A DNA stretch of 64,000 nt, from NCBI GenBank assembly GCA_030390025.1, contig JASTWF010000033.1, positions 2,420,001 through 2,484,000 of the forward strand, in the 5' to 3' direction. The translations under genes and the position numbers were made by a program. Origin of the DNA: Squalus acanthias (Eukaryota). Position 1 is the stretch's first letter; the number at the start of each line of letters is the position of its first letter. The notes below the pieces were generated by a model. That model did no database searches. It was given only the letters and a program-made list of their open reading frames with translations, and was not told the DNA's origin. Below are positions 47,123-60,900 of the stretch, piece by piece.

Positions 47123-50100
47123 CAGACTCTCTTTCTCTCCAGTCTCTCTCTTTACCCAATCTCTCCATCTCCCCAAACTCTCTCCCCCATTCTCTCTCTC
47201 TCTCTCTCCAGTCTCTCACTGTCCATATTCTGTCTCTCTATCCCCAGTCACGTTCTCTCGCCCGAGTCTCTCTTACTCTCTCCGGCTGACTCTCTCTCCC
47301 CAGTATCTCTCTCTCTCTGCTGCAGTTTATCACTCTGCTGTCTCTCTTTCTCTATAGTCTATCTCTCTCTCCCCAATTTATTTTCTCCCAGTCTCTCTGT
47401 CTCTCCGGACTTTCTCTCCCACAGTCTCTCTCCCTCTCCCCATTCTCCGTCTCCCCCAGACCCTCTCTCTCACCAGTCTCCCTCTCTCACTGCTTTCTAT
47501 CTTGCCCCTAATACCTCTCTCTCCCCAAGTCTATCTCTCTCCCCCCAGTCTATCTCACTCTGCTCCAGCCTCTCTCTCCAGTCTCGCTTTCTCTCCCTAA
47601 TCACTCTCACTTTCCACAGTCTCTCTCACCCCCAGTCTCTCTCTCTCCAGTCACCCTCTCCCCAGTATTTTACCCTCCCCATTCTCCAACTCACTCCAGT
47701 CCCTCTCTCTCCCCCATTATTTCTCTCCCTCCAGGCTCTCTCACTCCGACATTCTACCTCTCTCACCATTCTCCCTCTCTCCCCTTGACACTCACTTCTC
47801 TCCACTCTCTCTCTCCGACAGTCTCTCTCTCTCTCCCCCAATTCGCTCTCTCCCCATGTCTCTCTCTCTCACCCTGGCTCTCTCTGTCTCCAGTATCTCT
47901 CTCCCCAATCCCGCTCTCTCTCTCTAGTCTCTCTCTCTATCGCCATTCTCTCTCTCTTCCAAAGTCATTCCCTGTCTCCCCATTCTCTCTCTCTCCCCTG
48001 TCTCTCATCTCTCCAGTCTACTGTCTCTCCAGTCTCTCTCTCCCGCAGACTCTCTCTCCGTTTCTGCCCAGACCCTCACTCTCTCCCCGTCTCTCCCTGT
48101 CCCTCAGTATCTTTCGCTGCTCCAGTCTCTATCTCTCTCTCCAGTCCCACACTCTATCCAGTCTTTCTATCTCCCCAACCACACTCTCTCCCCATTCTCT
48201 CTCTCTCGCTCAGTCTATCTCTTTCTCCAGTCTCTCTCTCCCCAGTCTCTCTCTCTCTCCAATTTATCTTCTCCCAGTCTCTCTGTCTCTCCGGACTTTC
48301 TCTCCCACAGTCTCTCTCCCTCTCCCCATTCTCTGTCTCCCCCAGTCCCTCACTCTCAGCAGTCTCGCTCTCTCACTGCTTTCTATCTTGCCCCTAATCC
48401 CTCTCTCTCCCCCCGTCTATCTCTCTCTCCCCAGTCTATCTCACTCTGCTCCAGCATCTCTCTCCAGTCTCGCTTTCTCTCCATTCTCTCTCTCTCTCTA
48501 ATCACTCTCTCTTTCCACAGTCTCTCTCACCCCCAGTCTCTCTCTCTCCAGTCACCCTCTCCCCAGTCTTTTGTCCCTCCCCAGTCTCCAACTCACTCCA
48601 GTCCCTCTCTCTCCCGCATTATTTCTCTCCCTCCAGGCTCTCTCACTCCGACATTCTACCTCTCTCACCATTCTCCCTCTTTCCCCTTGACACTCTCTTC
48701 TCTGCACTCTCTCTCTCCGACAGTCTCTCTCTCTCTCCCCCCATTCGCTCTCTCCCCATGTCTCTCTCTCTCACCCTTTCTCTCTCTGTCTCCAGTATCT
48801 CTCTCCCCAATCCCGCTCTCTCTCTAGTCTCTCTCTCTATCGCCATTCTCTCTCTCTTCCAAAGTCATCCCCTGTCTCCCCATTCTCTCTCTCTCCCCTG
48901 TATCTCATCTCTCCAGTCTACTGTCTCTCCAGTCTCTCTCTCCCGCAGACTCTCTCTCTTTTTCTGCCCAGTCCCTCACCCTCTCCCCGTCTCTCCCTGT
49001 CCCTCAGTATCTTTCGCTGCTCCAGTCTCTATCTCTCTCTCCAGTACCACACTCTATCCAGTCTTTCTATCTCTCCAACCACACTCTCTCCCCATTCTCT
49101 CTCTCTCGCTCAGTCTATCTCTTTCTCCAGTCTCTCTCTCCCCAGTCTCTCTCTCTCCCCAAGTTTCTCTCTCTCTCCAGTCTATCTCTCTCCGACAGTC
49201 TCCCTCTCTTTCCCCATTCTCTCTCTCTCACCCAATCTCTCTCTCCCCGGTCTCTCTCTCTCTCCAAGTCCCTCTCTCTGCAGACTCTCTCTCCCACAGT
49301 CTCTCGCTCTCCTCCTATTGTCTCTCTCCCCCAATCCATCTCTGTCACCAGTCTCTCTCTGTCTGCTTTCTATCTTTCCCTAGTCCCTCTCACTCTCCAG
49401 TCTCTCTCTACCCCTGTCTCACACTCCTCCAGCCTATCTCTCCCCAGTCTCTATATCACCCCAGTCTCTCCCACCACCAGTCTCTCTTTATCTCCAGTCT
49501 CTCTCTCTCCGCTGTCTCCCTCTCTCTCCCCAGTCTCTCTCTTTCCCTCAGTCACTCTCTTTAGCCAGTCTCTCTCTCCCCCAGCCTCTCCCGCTCTCTC
49601 CCAATATTGCACTCCCTGGTATCTCTCTATCCCTAATCATTCACTCTACCCCAGTCTATCTCTCTCTCCAGTCTCACTCTCTCTCCAGTCTTTCTATTTC
49701 CCCAATCACACTGTCTCCCCATTTTCTCTCAGTTGCTCAGTCTCTCTCTCTCTCCAGTCTCTCTCTCTCCGACAGTCTATCTCTCTCTCCCCATTCTCTC
49801 TCTCACCCCCAGTCTCTCTCTCTCCATTCTCTTTCTCTCCCACAGTCTCCCTCACTCACCATTCTCTTTCTTTCCCCAGGTTCTCTCTCACCAGTCCGAC
49901 TCTCCCTGGCAGTATCTCTCTCTCTTCCCCCCCGCCCATTCTCTCTCTCTCTCTCCGCAGTCAAACCATCTCCAGTGTCTCTCTCTCAGTCTTTCTCTCT
50001 CAAATTTCCCTCTCAATCTCCCCAGTCCCTTTCTCTCCCTCCCAAGTTTTTCAGTCTCTCTCCCCCTATCTCACTCTCCCCAGTCTCTATCTCTCTCTGC

Positions 50101-51471
50101 TCCAGTTCCTCTATCTCCAGACTCTCTTTCTCTCCAGACTCTCTCTCTCCCCAATCTCTCTCTCTGCCAAGTCTCTCTCTCTACCCAGTCTCTCTGTATC
50201 TCCACTCTCTCACTCTCCCCCGTCTCTCTCTCTCCGAATCTCTCTACCTCTGCAGACTCTCTCTCCCACAGTATCTCTCTCTCTGCCCCATTTAACGTTT
50301 ATCACCAGTCTCTCTCTCTCTGCTTTCTATTTCTCCCCTCGTCCCTATCTCTCCCCAAGGCTCTCGCTCTCCCGCAGTTTCTCTCATTCTCCAGTCTCTC
50401 TCAACCCCAGTCTCACTCTACTACAATCTCTCTCTCCCCAGTCTTTCTCTCCCCAGTCACTCCCTCCCCCAGTATCTCTCTATCAAATTCTCTCTTTCTC
50501 CGCGCTCTCATTCCCCAGTCTCTCTCACTGCCCCGTCACTCGCTCTCCAGCCTTTCTCTTCCCCAGTCTCTCTCACTCTCTCTCCCAATCTCGCACTCCC
50601 CAGTCTCTCTCTCTCCATTCTCTTTCTCTCCCACAGTCTCCCTCTCTCACAATTCTCTCTCTTTCCCCTGTCTCTCTCTCACCAGTCTGACTCTCTCCAG
50701 CAGTCTCTATCTCTCTCTCCCCATTCTCGCTCTCTCCCCATTCCTAACCTCTCCAGTGTCTCTCTCTCTAGTCTCTCTCACTAAAAACTATCTCTCTCTC
50801 TCCCCGTCCCTTTCTCTCCCTCTCAATCTTTCAGTCTCTCTCCCCCAAACTCTCTCTTCCCAGTCTCTCTCTCTCTGCTCCAGTTTCTCTCACTCCAGAC
50901 TCTCTTTCTCTCCAGTCTCTCTCTCTCCCCAGTCTCTCTCTCTCTCCGAGTCTCTCGATGTCTCATATTCTCTCTCCCACAGTATCTCTCTCTCCCATTG
51001 TCTCTCTTCCCCATTCAATGTCTATCACCAGTCTTTCTCTCTCTGCTTTCTAGTTCTATCCTATTCCCTCTCCCTCCCCAAGGCTCTCGCTCTCCCGAAT
51101 GCTCTCCCATTCTCCGGTATCTCTCTTCCCCCTTTCTCACTCTACTACAATCTCTCTCTCTCCCCATTCCTTTACTCCCCAGTCTCTCTCCCCCCCCCGT
51201 ATCTCTCTATCTCCAGTCTCTCTCTCTCCGCTCTCTCTCTCCCCAGTCTCTCTCGCTCCCCCAGTCACTCTCTCTCTCCAGTCTTTCTCTTCTCCCAGTC
51301 TCTCTCACTCTCTCTCCCAGTCTCGCACTCCCTAGTCACTCCCTCTCCATTCTCTCACTCTACCCCGGTCTCTCTCTCTCCAGTCTCACTCTCTTCCCCA
51401 TTCTCTCTCTCCCCTAGGCGCTCTCTCTGTGCTAGGCTCTTACTTTCCCCCTGTCTCTCTGTCTCTACCAA

Positions 51472-51805
51472 TTGTTTCCCCTGGCATGTGTGTCTAGAGT
51501 TAGTGGACTAATTCTCAGGATAAGGCGTCGACCATTTAAGACCGAGATGATGAGGAATTTCCTAAGTCAGACTGTTGTGAATCTTTGTAATTCTCTGCCC
51601 CAGACGGCTGTGACTGCTGATTCTTTCAGTATATTCAAGGCTGAGATAGATAGATTTTTGGACTCAAGGGGAATCAAGGGTTATGGAGTTCGGGCGGGAA
51701 AGTTGAGGTCGATGATCACCCATGACCTTATTGAAAGGTGGAGCAGGTTCGGGGCCCCGTATGGCCTACTCCTGTTCTAACTTCATATTTTCTTATGTTG
51801 TTATG
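51472..51805 (+). mobile_element. CR1 3' fragment
   Basis: PFKTEMMRNFLSQTVVNLCNSLP; TTCTTATG tail. Confidence 0.8.
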
Positions 51806-51992
51806 CTCTCTCTCTCTCCACCCCCAGTCTCTCTTTCTCTCTCTCTGCCAAAACTCTCTCTCTCTCTCCGAAGTCTCCCTCTCTTTCTCTCACTCACCCC
51901 AGTCTCTCTCTCTATCTCCCAGTCTTTCTCTCTCGCCCAGTCTCTCTCTCTCTACATATGTATCTCTCTCTTCCCAGCCTCTCTCTCTCCGC

Positions 51993-54900
51993 TAAGTGAG
52001 AGTGAGATAGATACTGAGAGATAGTGAGACAGAGACTGAGAGATTGAGACAGAGACTGAGAGATAATGAGACTGAGACGGAGATTGAATGAGACCGAGAC
52101 TGAGAGAGAGTGAGACCGAGACTGAGAGAGAATGAGACCGAGACTGAGTCAGAGTGAGACCGAGACAAAGAGAGAGTGAGACCGAGACTGAGAGAGAGGG
52201 AGACCGAGACTGAGAGAGAGGGAGACCGAGACTGAGAGAGAGTGAGACCGAGACTGAGAGAGAGTGAGACCGAGACTGAGAGAGAGTGAGACCGAGACTG
52301 AGAGAGAGGGAGACCGAGACTGAGAGAGAGGGAGACCGAGACTCTGATGAGAGTGAGACCGAGATTGAGAGTGAGTGAGAGACCGAGACTGAGAGAGAGT
52401 GAGACCGAGACTAAGAGAGAGTGAGAACGAGTTTGAGACAGAGTGAGACTGTGACTGAGAGAGAAACGGACCGAGACAAAGAGAGAGTGAGACCGAGAGT
52501 GAGAGAGAGTGATACCGAGACGGAGACAGAGTGAGACCGAGACTGAGAGAGAATGAGACCGAGACTGAGACAGAGTGAGACCGAGACTGAGAGAGAGTGA
52601 GACCGAGACTGAGAGAGAGTGAGACCGGGACTGAGAGAGAGTGAGAACGAGACTGAGAGAGAGTGAGACCGAGATTGAGACAGAGTGAGAGACCGAGACT
52701 GAGAGAGAGTGAGACCGGGACTGAGAGAGAGTGAGAACGAGACTGAGAGAGAGTGAGACCGAGATTGAGACAGAGTGAGAGACCGAGACTGAGAGAGAAT
52801 GAGACCGAGACTGAGAGAGAGTGAGACCGGGACTGAGAGAGAGTGAGAACGAGACTGAGAGAGAGTGAGACCGAGATTGAGACAGAGTGAGAGACCGAGA
52901 CTGAGAGAGAATGAGACCGAGACTGAGAGAGAGTGAGACCGGGACTCTGATGAGAGTGAGAACGAGATTGAGAGTGAGTGAGAGACCGAGACTGAGAGAG
53001 CGTGAGACCGAGACTGAGTCAGAGTGAGACCGAGATTGAGAGTGAGTGAGAACGAGATTGAGACAGAGTGAGAACCGAGACTGAGAAAGAGTGAGACTGA
53101 GACTGAGACAGAGTGAGACCGAGACTGAGAGAGAGTGAGACCGAGACTGAGACAGAGTGAGACCGAGACTGAGAGAGAGTGAGACCGAGACTGAGAGAGA
53201 GTGAGACCGGGACTCTGATGAGAGTGAGAACGAGATTGAGAGTGAGTGAGAGACCGAGACTGAGAGAGCGTGAGACCGAGACTGAGTCAGAGTGAGACCG
53301 AGATTGAGAGTGAGTGAGAACGAGATTGAGACAGAGTGAGAACCGAGACTGAGAAAGAGTGAGACTGAGACTGAGACAGAGTGAGACCGAGACTGAGAGA
53401 GAGTGAGACCGAGACTGAGACAGAGTGAGACCGAGACTGAGAGAGAGTGAGACCGAGACTGAGAGAGAGTGAGACCGGGACTGAGAGAGAGTGAGAACGA
53501 GACTGAGAGAGAGTGAGACCGAGATTGAGACAGAGTGAGAGACCGAGACTGAGAGAGAGTGAGACCGGGACTAAGAGAGAGTGAGAACGAGTTTGAGACA
53601 GAGTGAGACTGTGACTGAGAGAGAAACGGACCGAGACAAAGAGAGAGTGAGACCGAGAGTGAGAGAGAGTGATACCGAGACGGAGACAGAGTGAGACCGA
53701 GACTGAGAGAGAATGAGACCGAGACTGAGACAGAGTGAGACCGAGACTGAGAGAGAGTGAGACCGAGACTGAGAGAGAGTGAGACCGGGACTGAGAGAGA
53801 GTGAGAACGAGACTGAGAGAGAGTGAGACCGAGATTGAGACAGAGTGAGAGACCGAGACTGAGAGAGAGTGAGACCGGGACTGAGAGAGAGTGAGAACGA
53901 GACTGAGAGAGAGTGAGACCGGGACTGAGAGAGAGTGAGAACGAGACTGAGAGAGAGTGAGACCGAGATTGAGACAGAGTGAGAGACCGAGACTGAGAGA
54001 GAGTGAGACCGAGACTAAGAGAGAGTGAGAACGAGTTTGAGACAGAGTGAGACTGTGACTGAGAGAGAAACGGACCGAGACAAAGAGAGAGTGAGACCGA
54101 GAGTGAGAGAGAGTGATACCGAGACGGAGACAGAGTGAGACCGAGACTGAGAGAGAATGAGACCGAGACTGAGACAGAGTGAGACCGAGACTGAGAGAGA
54201 GTGAGACCGAGACTGAGAGAGAGTGAGACCGGGACTGAGAGAGAGTGAGAACGAGACTGAGAGAGAGTGAGACCGAGATTGAGACAGAGTGAGAGACCGA
54301 GACTGAGAGAGAGTGAGACCGGGACTGAGAGAGAGTGAGAACGAGACTGAGAGAGAGTGAGACCGAGATTGAGACAGAGTGAGACCGAGACTGAGAGAGA
54401 ATGAGACCGAGACTGAGAGAGAGTGAGACCGGGACTGAGAGAGAGTGAGAACGAGACTGAGAGAGAGTGAGACCGAGATTGAGACAGAGTGAGAGACCGA
54501 GACTGAGAGAGAATGAGACCGAGACTGAGAGAGAGTGAGACCGGGACTCTGATGAGAGTGAGAACGAGATTGAGAGTGAGTGAGAGACCGAGACTGAGAG
54601 AGCGTGAGACCGAGACTGAGTCAGAGTGAGACCGAGATTGAGAGTGAGTGAGAACGAGATTGAGACAGAGTGAGACCGAGACTGAGAAAGAGTGAGACTG
54701 AGACTAAGAGAGAGTGAGACCGAGACAGAGAGAGAATGAGACCGAGACTGAGTGAGAGTGAGACCGAGACTGAGAGAGAGTGAGAACGAGATTGAGACAG
54801 AGTGAGAACCGAGACTGAGAAAGAGTGAGACCGAGACTGAGTGAGAGTGAGACCGAGACTGAGAGAGAGTGAGAACGAGATTGAGACAGAGTGAGACCGA

Positions 54901-57900
54901 GACTGAGAGAGAGTGAGACCGAGACTGAGAGAGAGTGAAACCGCGACTGAGAGAGAATGAGACCGAGATTGAGAGTGAGTGAGACCGAGATTGAGACAGA
55001 GTGAGAGACCGAGACTGAGAGAGAGTGAGACCGAGACTGAGAGAGAGTGAGAGACCGAGACTGAGAGAGAGTGAGACCGAGACTGAGAGAAATTGATACG
55101 GAGACGGAGACAGAGTGAGGCCGAGACTGAGAGAGAATGAGAGCGAGACTGAGAGAGAATGAGAGCGAGACTGAGAGAGAGTGAGACCGAGACTGAGAGA
55201 GAGTGAGACCGAGACTGAGAGAGAGTGAGACCGAGACGGAGAGAGAGTGAGACCGAGACTGAGAGAGAGTGAGACCGAGACTGAGAGAGAGTGAGACCGA
55301 GACTGAGAGAGAGTGAGACCGAGACTGAGAGAGAGTGAGACCGAGAATGAGTCAGAGTGAGACCGAGAATGAGTCAGAGTGAGACCGAGACTGAGAGAGA
55401 GTGAGACCGAGACTGAGATTGAATGAGACCGAGACTGAGAGAGAATGAGACCGGGACTCTGATGAGAGTGAGAACGAGATTGAGAGTGAGTGAGAGACCG
55501 AGACTGAGAGAGCGTGAGACCGAGACTGAGTCAGAGTGAGACCGAGATTGAGAGTGAGTGAGAACGAGATTGAGACAGAGTGAGAACCGAGACTGAGAAA
55601 GAGTGAGACTGAGACTAAGAGAGAGTGAGACCGAGACAGAGAGAGAATGAGACCGAGACTGAGTGAGAGTGAGACCGAGACTGAGAGAGAGTGAGACCGA
55701 GACTGAGAGAGAGTGAGAACGAGATTGAGACAGAGTGAGACCGAGATTGAGACAGAGTGAGAGACCGAGACTGAGAGAGAGTGAGACCGGGACTGAGAGA
55801 GAGTGAGAACGAGACTGAGAGAGAGTGAGACCGAGATTGAGACAGAGTGAGAGAGCGAGACTGAGAGAGAATGAGACCGAGACTGAGAGAGAGTGAGACC
55901 GGGACTGAGAGAGAGTGAGAACGAGACTGAGAGAGAGTGAGACCGAGATTGAGACAGAGTGAGACCGAGATTGAGACAGAGTGAGAGACCGAGACTGAGA
56001 GAGAGTGAGACCGGGACTGAGAGAGAGTGAGAACGAGACTGAGAGAGAGTGAGACCGAGATTGAGACAGAGTGAGAGACCGAGACTGAGAGAGAATGAGA
56101 CCGAGACTGAGAGAGAGTGAGACCGGGACTGAGAGAGAGTGAGAACGAGACTGAGAGAGAGTGAGACCGAGATTGAGACAGAGTGAGAGACCGAGACTGA
56201 GAGAGAATGAGACCGAGACTGAGAGAGAGTGAGACCGGGACTCTGATGAGAGTGAGAACGAGATTGAGAGTGAGTGAGAGACCGAGACTGAGAGAGCGTG
56301 AGACCGAGACTGAGTCAGAGTGAGACCGAGATTGAGAGTGAGTGAGAACGAGATTGAGACAGAGTGAGAACCGAGACTGAGAAAGAGTGAGACTGAGACT
56401 AAGAGAGAGTGAGACCGAGACAGAGAGAGAATGAGACCGAGACTGAGTGAGAGTGAGACCGAGACTGAGAGAGAGTGAGAACGAAATTGAGACAGAGTGA
56501 GAACCGAGACTGAGAAAGAGTGAGACCGAGACTGAGTGAGAGTGAGACCGAGACTGAGAGAGAGTGAGAACGAGATTGAGACAGAGTGAGACCGAGACTG
56601 AGAGAGAGTGAGACCGAGACTGAGAGAGAGTGAAACCGCGACTGAGAGAGAATGAGACCGAGATTGAGAGTGAGTGAGACCGAGATTGAGACAGAGTGAG
56701 AGACCGAGACTGAGAGAGAGTGAGACCGAGACTGAGAGAGAGTGAGAGACCGAGACTGAGAGAGAGTGAGACCGAGACTGAGAGAAATTGATACGGAGAC
56801 GGAGACAGAGTGAGGCCGAGACTGAGAGAGAATGAGAGCGAGACTGAGAGAGAATGAGAGCGAGACTGAGAGAGAGTGAGACCGAGACTGAGAGAGAGTG
56901 AGACCGAGACTGAGAGAGAGTGAGACCGAGACGGAGAGAGAGTGAGACCGAGACTGAGAGAGAGTGAGACCGAGACTGAGAGAGAGTGAGACCGAGACTG
57001 AGAGAGAGTGAGACCGAGACTGAGAGAGAGTGAGACCGAGAATGAGTCAGAGTGAGACCGAGAATGAGTCAGAGTGAGACCGAGACTGAGAGAGAGTGAG
57101 ACCGAGACTGAGATTGAATGAGACCGAGACTGAGAGAGAATGAGACCGAGACTGAGAGAGAGTGAGACCGAGACTGAGAGAGAGTGAGACCGAGACTGAG
57201 AGAGAGAGAGACCGAGACTGAGATTGAATGAGACCGACAATGTGAGAGAATGAGACCGAGATTGAGAGTGAGAGAGAGACCGAGACTGAGAGAGAGTGAG
57301 ACCGGGACGGAGACAGAGTGAGGCCGAGACTGAGAGAGAATGAGAGCGAGACTGAGAGAGAGTGAGACCGAGACTGAGAGAGAGTGAGACCGAGACTGAG
57401 AGAGAGTGAGACCGAGACTGAGAGAGAGTGAGACCGAGACTGAGAGAAAGTGAGACCGAGACTGAGAGAGAGTGAGACCGAGATTGAGAGTGAGAGAGAG
57501 ACCGAGACAGAGAGAGAGTGAGACCGAGAATGAGTAAGAGTGAGACCGAGACAGAGAGAGAATGAGACCGAGACTGAGAGAGAGTGAGACCGAGACTGAG
57601 AGAGAATGAGACCGAGACTGAGAGAGAATGAGACCGAGACTGAGACAGAGTGAGACCGAGACAGTGAGAGAGAGAGACCGAGACTGAGAGAGAGTGAAAC
57701 CGAGACAGTGAGAGAGTGAGACCGAGACTGAGAGTGAGAGAGAGACCAAGACAGTGAGAGAGTGAGACCGAGACTGAGAGTGAGAGTGAGACCGAGACAG
57801 TGAGAGAGTGAGACCGAGACTGAGAGAAAATGAGACCGAGACGGAGACAGAGTGAGAGACCGAGACTGAGAGAGAGTGAAACCGAGATTGAGACAGAGTG

Positions 57901-60900
57901 AGACCGAGACTGAGTCAGAGTGAGACCGAGATTGAGACAGAGTGAGACCGAGACTGAGTCAGAGTGAGACCGAGATTGAGACAGAGTGACAGACCGAGAC
58001 TGAGAGAGAGTGAGAGACCGAGACTGAGAGAGAGTGAGACCGAGACTGCGATAGAATGAGACCGAGACTGAGATAGAGTGAGACCGAGACTGAGAGAGAA
58101 TGAGACCGAGACTGAGACAGAGTGAGAGACCGAGACTGAGAGAGAATGAGACCGAGACTGAGAGAGAGTGAGACCGAGACTCAGAGAGAGTGAGACCGAG
58201 ACTGAGAGAGAATGAGACCGAGACTGAGACAGAGTGAGAGAGAGACTGAGAGAGAGTGAGACCGAGACTGAGAGAGAGTGAAACCGAGACTGAGAGAGAG
58301 TGAAACCGAGACTGAGAGAGAGTGAGACCGAGACTGAGAGAGAGTGAGACCGAGACTGAGAGAGAGTGAAACCGAGACTGAGAGAGAGTGAGACCGAGAC
58401 TGAGAGAGAGTGAAACCGAGACTGAGAGAGAGAGAAACCGAGACTGAGAGAGAGTGAGACCGAGACTGAGAGAGAGTGAGACCGAGACTGAGAGAGAGTG
58501 AGACCGAGACTGAGAGAGAGTGAGACCGAGACTGAGAGAGAGTGAGACCGAGACTGAGAGAGAGTGAGACCGATACTGAGAGAGAGTGAGACCGAGACTG
58601 AGAGAGAGTGAGACCGAGACTGAGAGAGAGTGAAACCGAGACTGAGAGAGAGTGAGAGAGAGACTGAGAGAGAGTGAAACCTAGACTGAGAGAGAGTGAG
58701 ACCGAGACTGAGAGAGAGTGAGACCGAGACTGAGAGAGAGTGAGGCCGAGACTGAGAGAGAGTGAGAGAGAGACTGAGAGAGAGTGAGACCGAGACTGAG
58801 AGAGAGTGAGACCGAGACTGAGAGAGAGTGAGACCGAGACTGAGAGAGTGAGACCGATACTGAGAGAGAGTGAGACCGAGACTGAGAGAGAGTGAGAGAG
58901 AGACTGAGAGAGAGTGAGACCGAGACTGAGAGAGAGTGAGACCGAGACTGAGAGAGAGTGAGAACGAGACTGAGAGAGAGTGAGACCGAGACTGAGAGAG
59001 AGTGAGACCGAGACTGAGAGAGAGTGAGAGAGAGACTGAGAGAGAGTGAGACCGAGACTGAGAGAGAGTGAGACCGAGACTGAGAGAGAGTGAGACCGAG
59101 ACTGAGATTGAATGAGACCGAGACTGAGATAGAGTGAGACTGAGACTGAGAGAGAGTGAGACCGAGACTGAGAGAGAGTGAGACCGAGATTAAGAGAGAG
59201 TGAGACCGGGACTCTGATGAGAGTGAGACCGATATTGAGAGTGAGTGAGAGACGGAGACTGAGAGAGAGTGAGACCGAGATTGAGAGAGAATGAGGCCGA
59301 GACTGAGAGAGAGTGAGACCGAGACTGAGAGAGAGTGAAACCGAGATTGAGACAGAGTGAGAGACCGAGACTGAGAGAGAGTGAGACCGAGATTAAGAGA
59401 GAGTGAGACCGGGACTCTGATGAGAGTGAGACCGATATTGAGAGTGAGTGAGAGACGGAGACTGAGAGAGAGTGAGACCGAGATTGAGACAGAGTGAGAC
59501 CGAGATTGAGACAGAGTGAGACCGAGACTGAGAGAGAGTGAGACCGAGACTGAGTCAGAGTGAGACCGAGATTGAGAGTGAGTGAGAAACAGAGACTGAG
59601 AGAGAGTGAGACCGAGACTGAGAGAGAGTGAGACGGTGATTGAGACAGAGTGAGAGACCGAGACTGAGAAAGAGTGAGACTTAGACTGAGAGAGAGTGAG
59701 ACCGGGACAGAGAGAGAGTGAGACCGAGACTGAGAAAGAGTGATACCGAGACTGAGAGAGATTGAGAGAGAGACTGAGAGAGAATGAGACCGAGACTGAG
59801 AGAGAGTGAGACCGAGACTGAGAGAAAATGAGACCGAGACGGAGACAGAGTGAGGCCGAGACTGAGAGAGAATGAAACCGAGACTGAGAGAGAATGAGAC
59901 CGAGACTGAGAGAGATTGAGACCGAGACTGAGAGAGAGTGAGACCGAGACTGAGAGAGAATGAGACCGAGACTGAGAGAGAGTGAGACCGAGACTGAGAG
60001 AGAGTGAGACCGAGACTGAGAGAAAATGAGACCGAGACGGAGACAGAGTGAGACCGAGACACTGATGAGAGTGAGACCGAGATTGAGAGTGAGTGAGAGA
60101 CCGAGACTGAGAGAGAGTGAGACCGAGACTGAGAGAAAATGAGACCGAGACGGAGACAGAGTGAGACCGAGACACTGATGAGAGTGAGACCGAGATTGAG
60201 AGTGAGTGAGAGACCGAGACTGAGATAGAGTGAGACCGAGACACTGATGAGAGTGAGACCGAGATTGAGAGTGAGTGAGAGACCGAAACTGAGAGAGAGT
60301 GAGAACGAGACTGAGAGAGAGTGAGACCGAGATTGAGACAGAGTGAGACCGAGACTGAGAGAGAGAGAGAGAGAGACTGAGACAGAATGAGACCGAGATT
60401 AAGAGAGAGTGAGACCGAGATTGAGAGTGAGAGAGAGACCGAGACTGAGAGAGAGAGAGACCGAGACTGAGAGAGAGTGAGACCGAGACTGAGAGAGAAT
60501 GAGACCGAGATTAAGAGAGAGTGAGAGCGAGATTGAGAGTGAGAGAGAGACCGAGACTGAGAGAGAGTGAGACCGAGATTGAGACAGAGTGAGACCGAGA
60601 CTGAGAGAGAGTGAGACCGAGATTGAGAGAGAGTGAGAGACAGAGACTGAGAGAGAGTGAGACCGAGACTGAGAGAGAGTGAGACCGAGACTGAGAGAGA
60701 GTGAGACCGAGATTGAGAGAGAGTGAGACCGAGATTGAGAGAGAGTGAGAGACAGAGACTGAGAGAGAGTGAGACCGAGACTGAGAGAGAGTGAGACCGA
60801 GACTGAGAGAGAGTGAGACCGAGACTGAGTCAGAAAGAGACCGAGACTGAGAGAGAGTGAGACCGAGACTGAGTCAGAGTGAGACCGAGACTGAGAGAGA

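Larger units (their letters stand above)
37830..51992 (+). repeat. Degenerate CT-rich satellite / low-complexity tract (CCAGTCTCTCTCTC core)
   Basis: Polypyrimidine plus strand with recurrent internal duplications. Confidence 0.95.

Noticed and set aside
37659..60244. Long Ser/Leu- or Arg/Glu-rich ORFs (up to 592 aa)
   Set aside because: Artefacts of CT/GA low-complexity repeats that lack stop codons; no domain signal.
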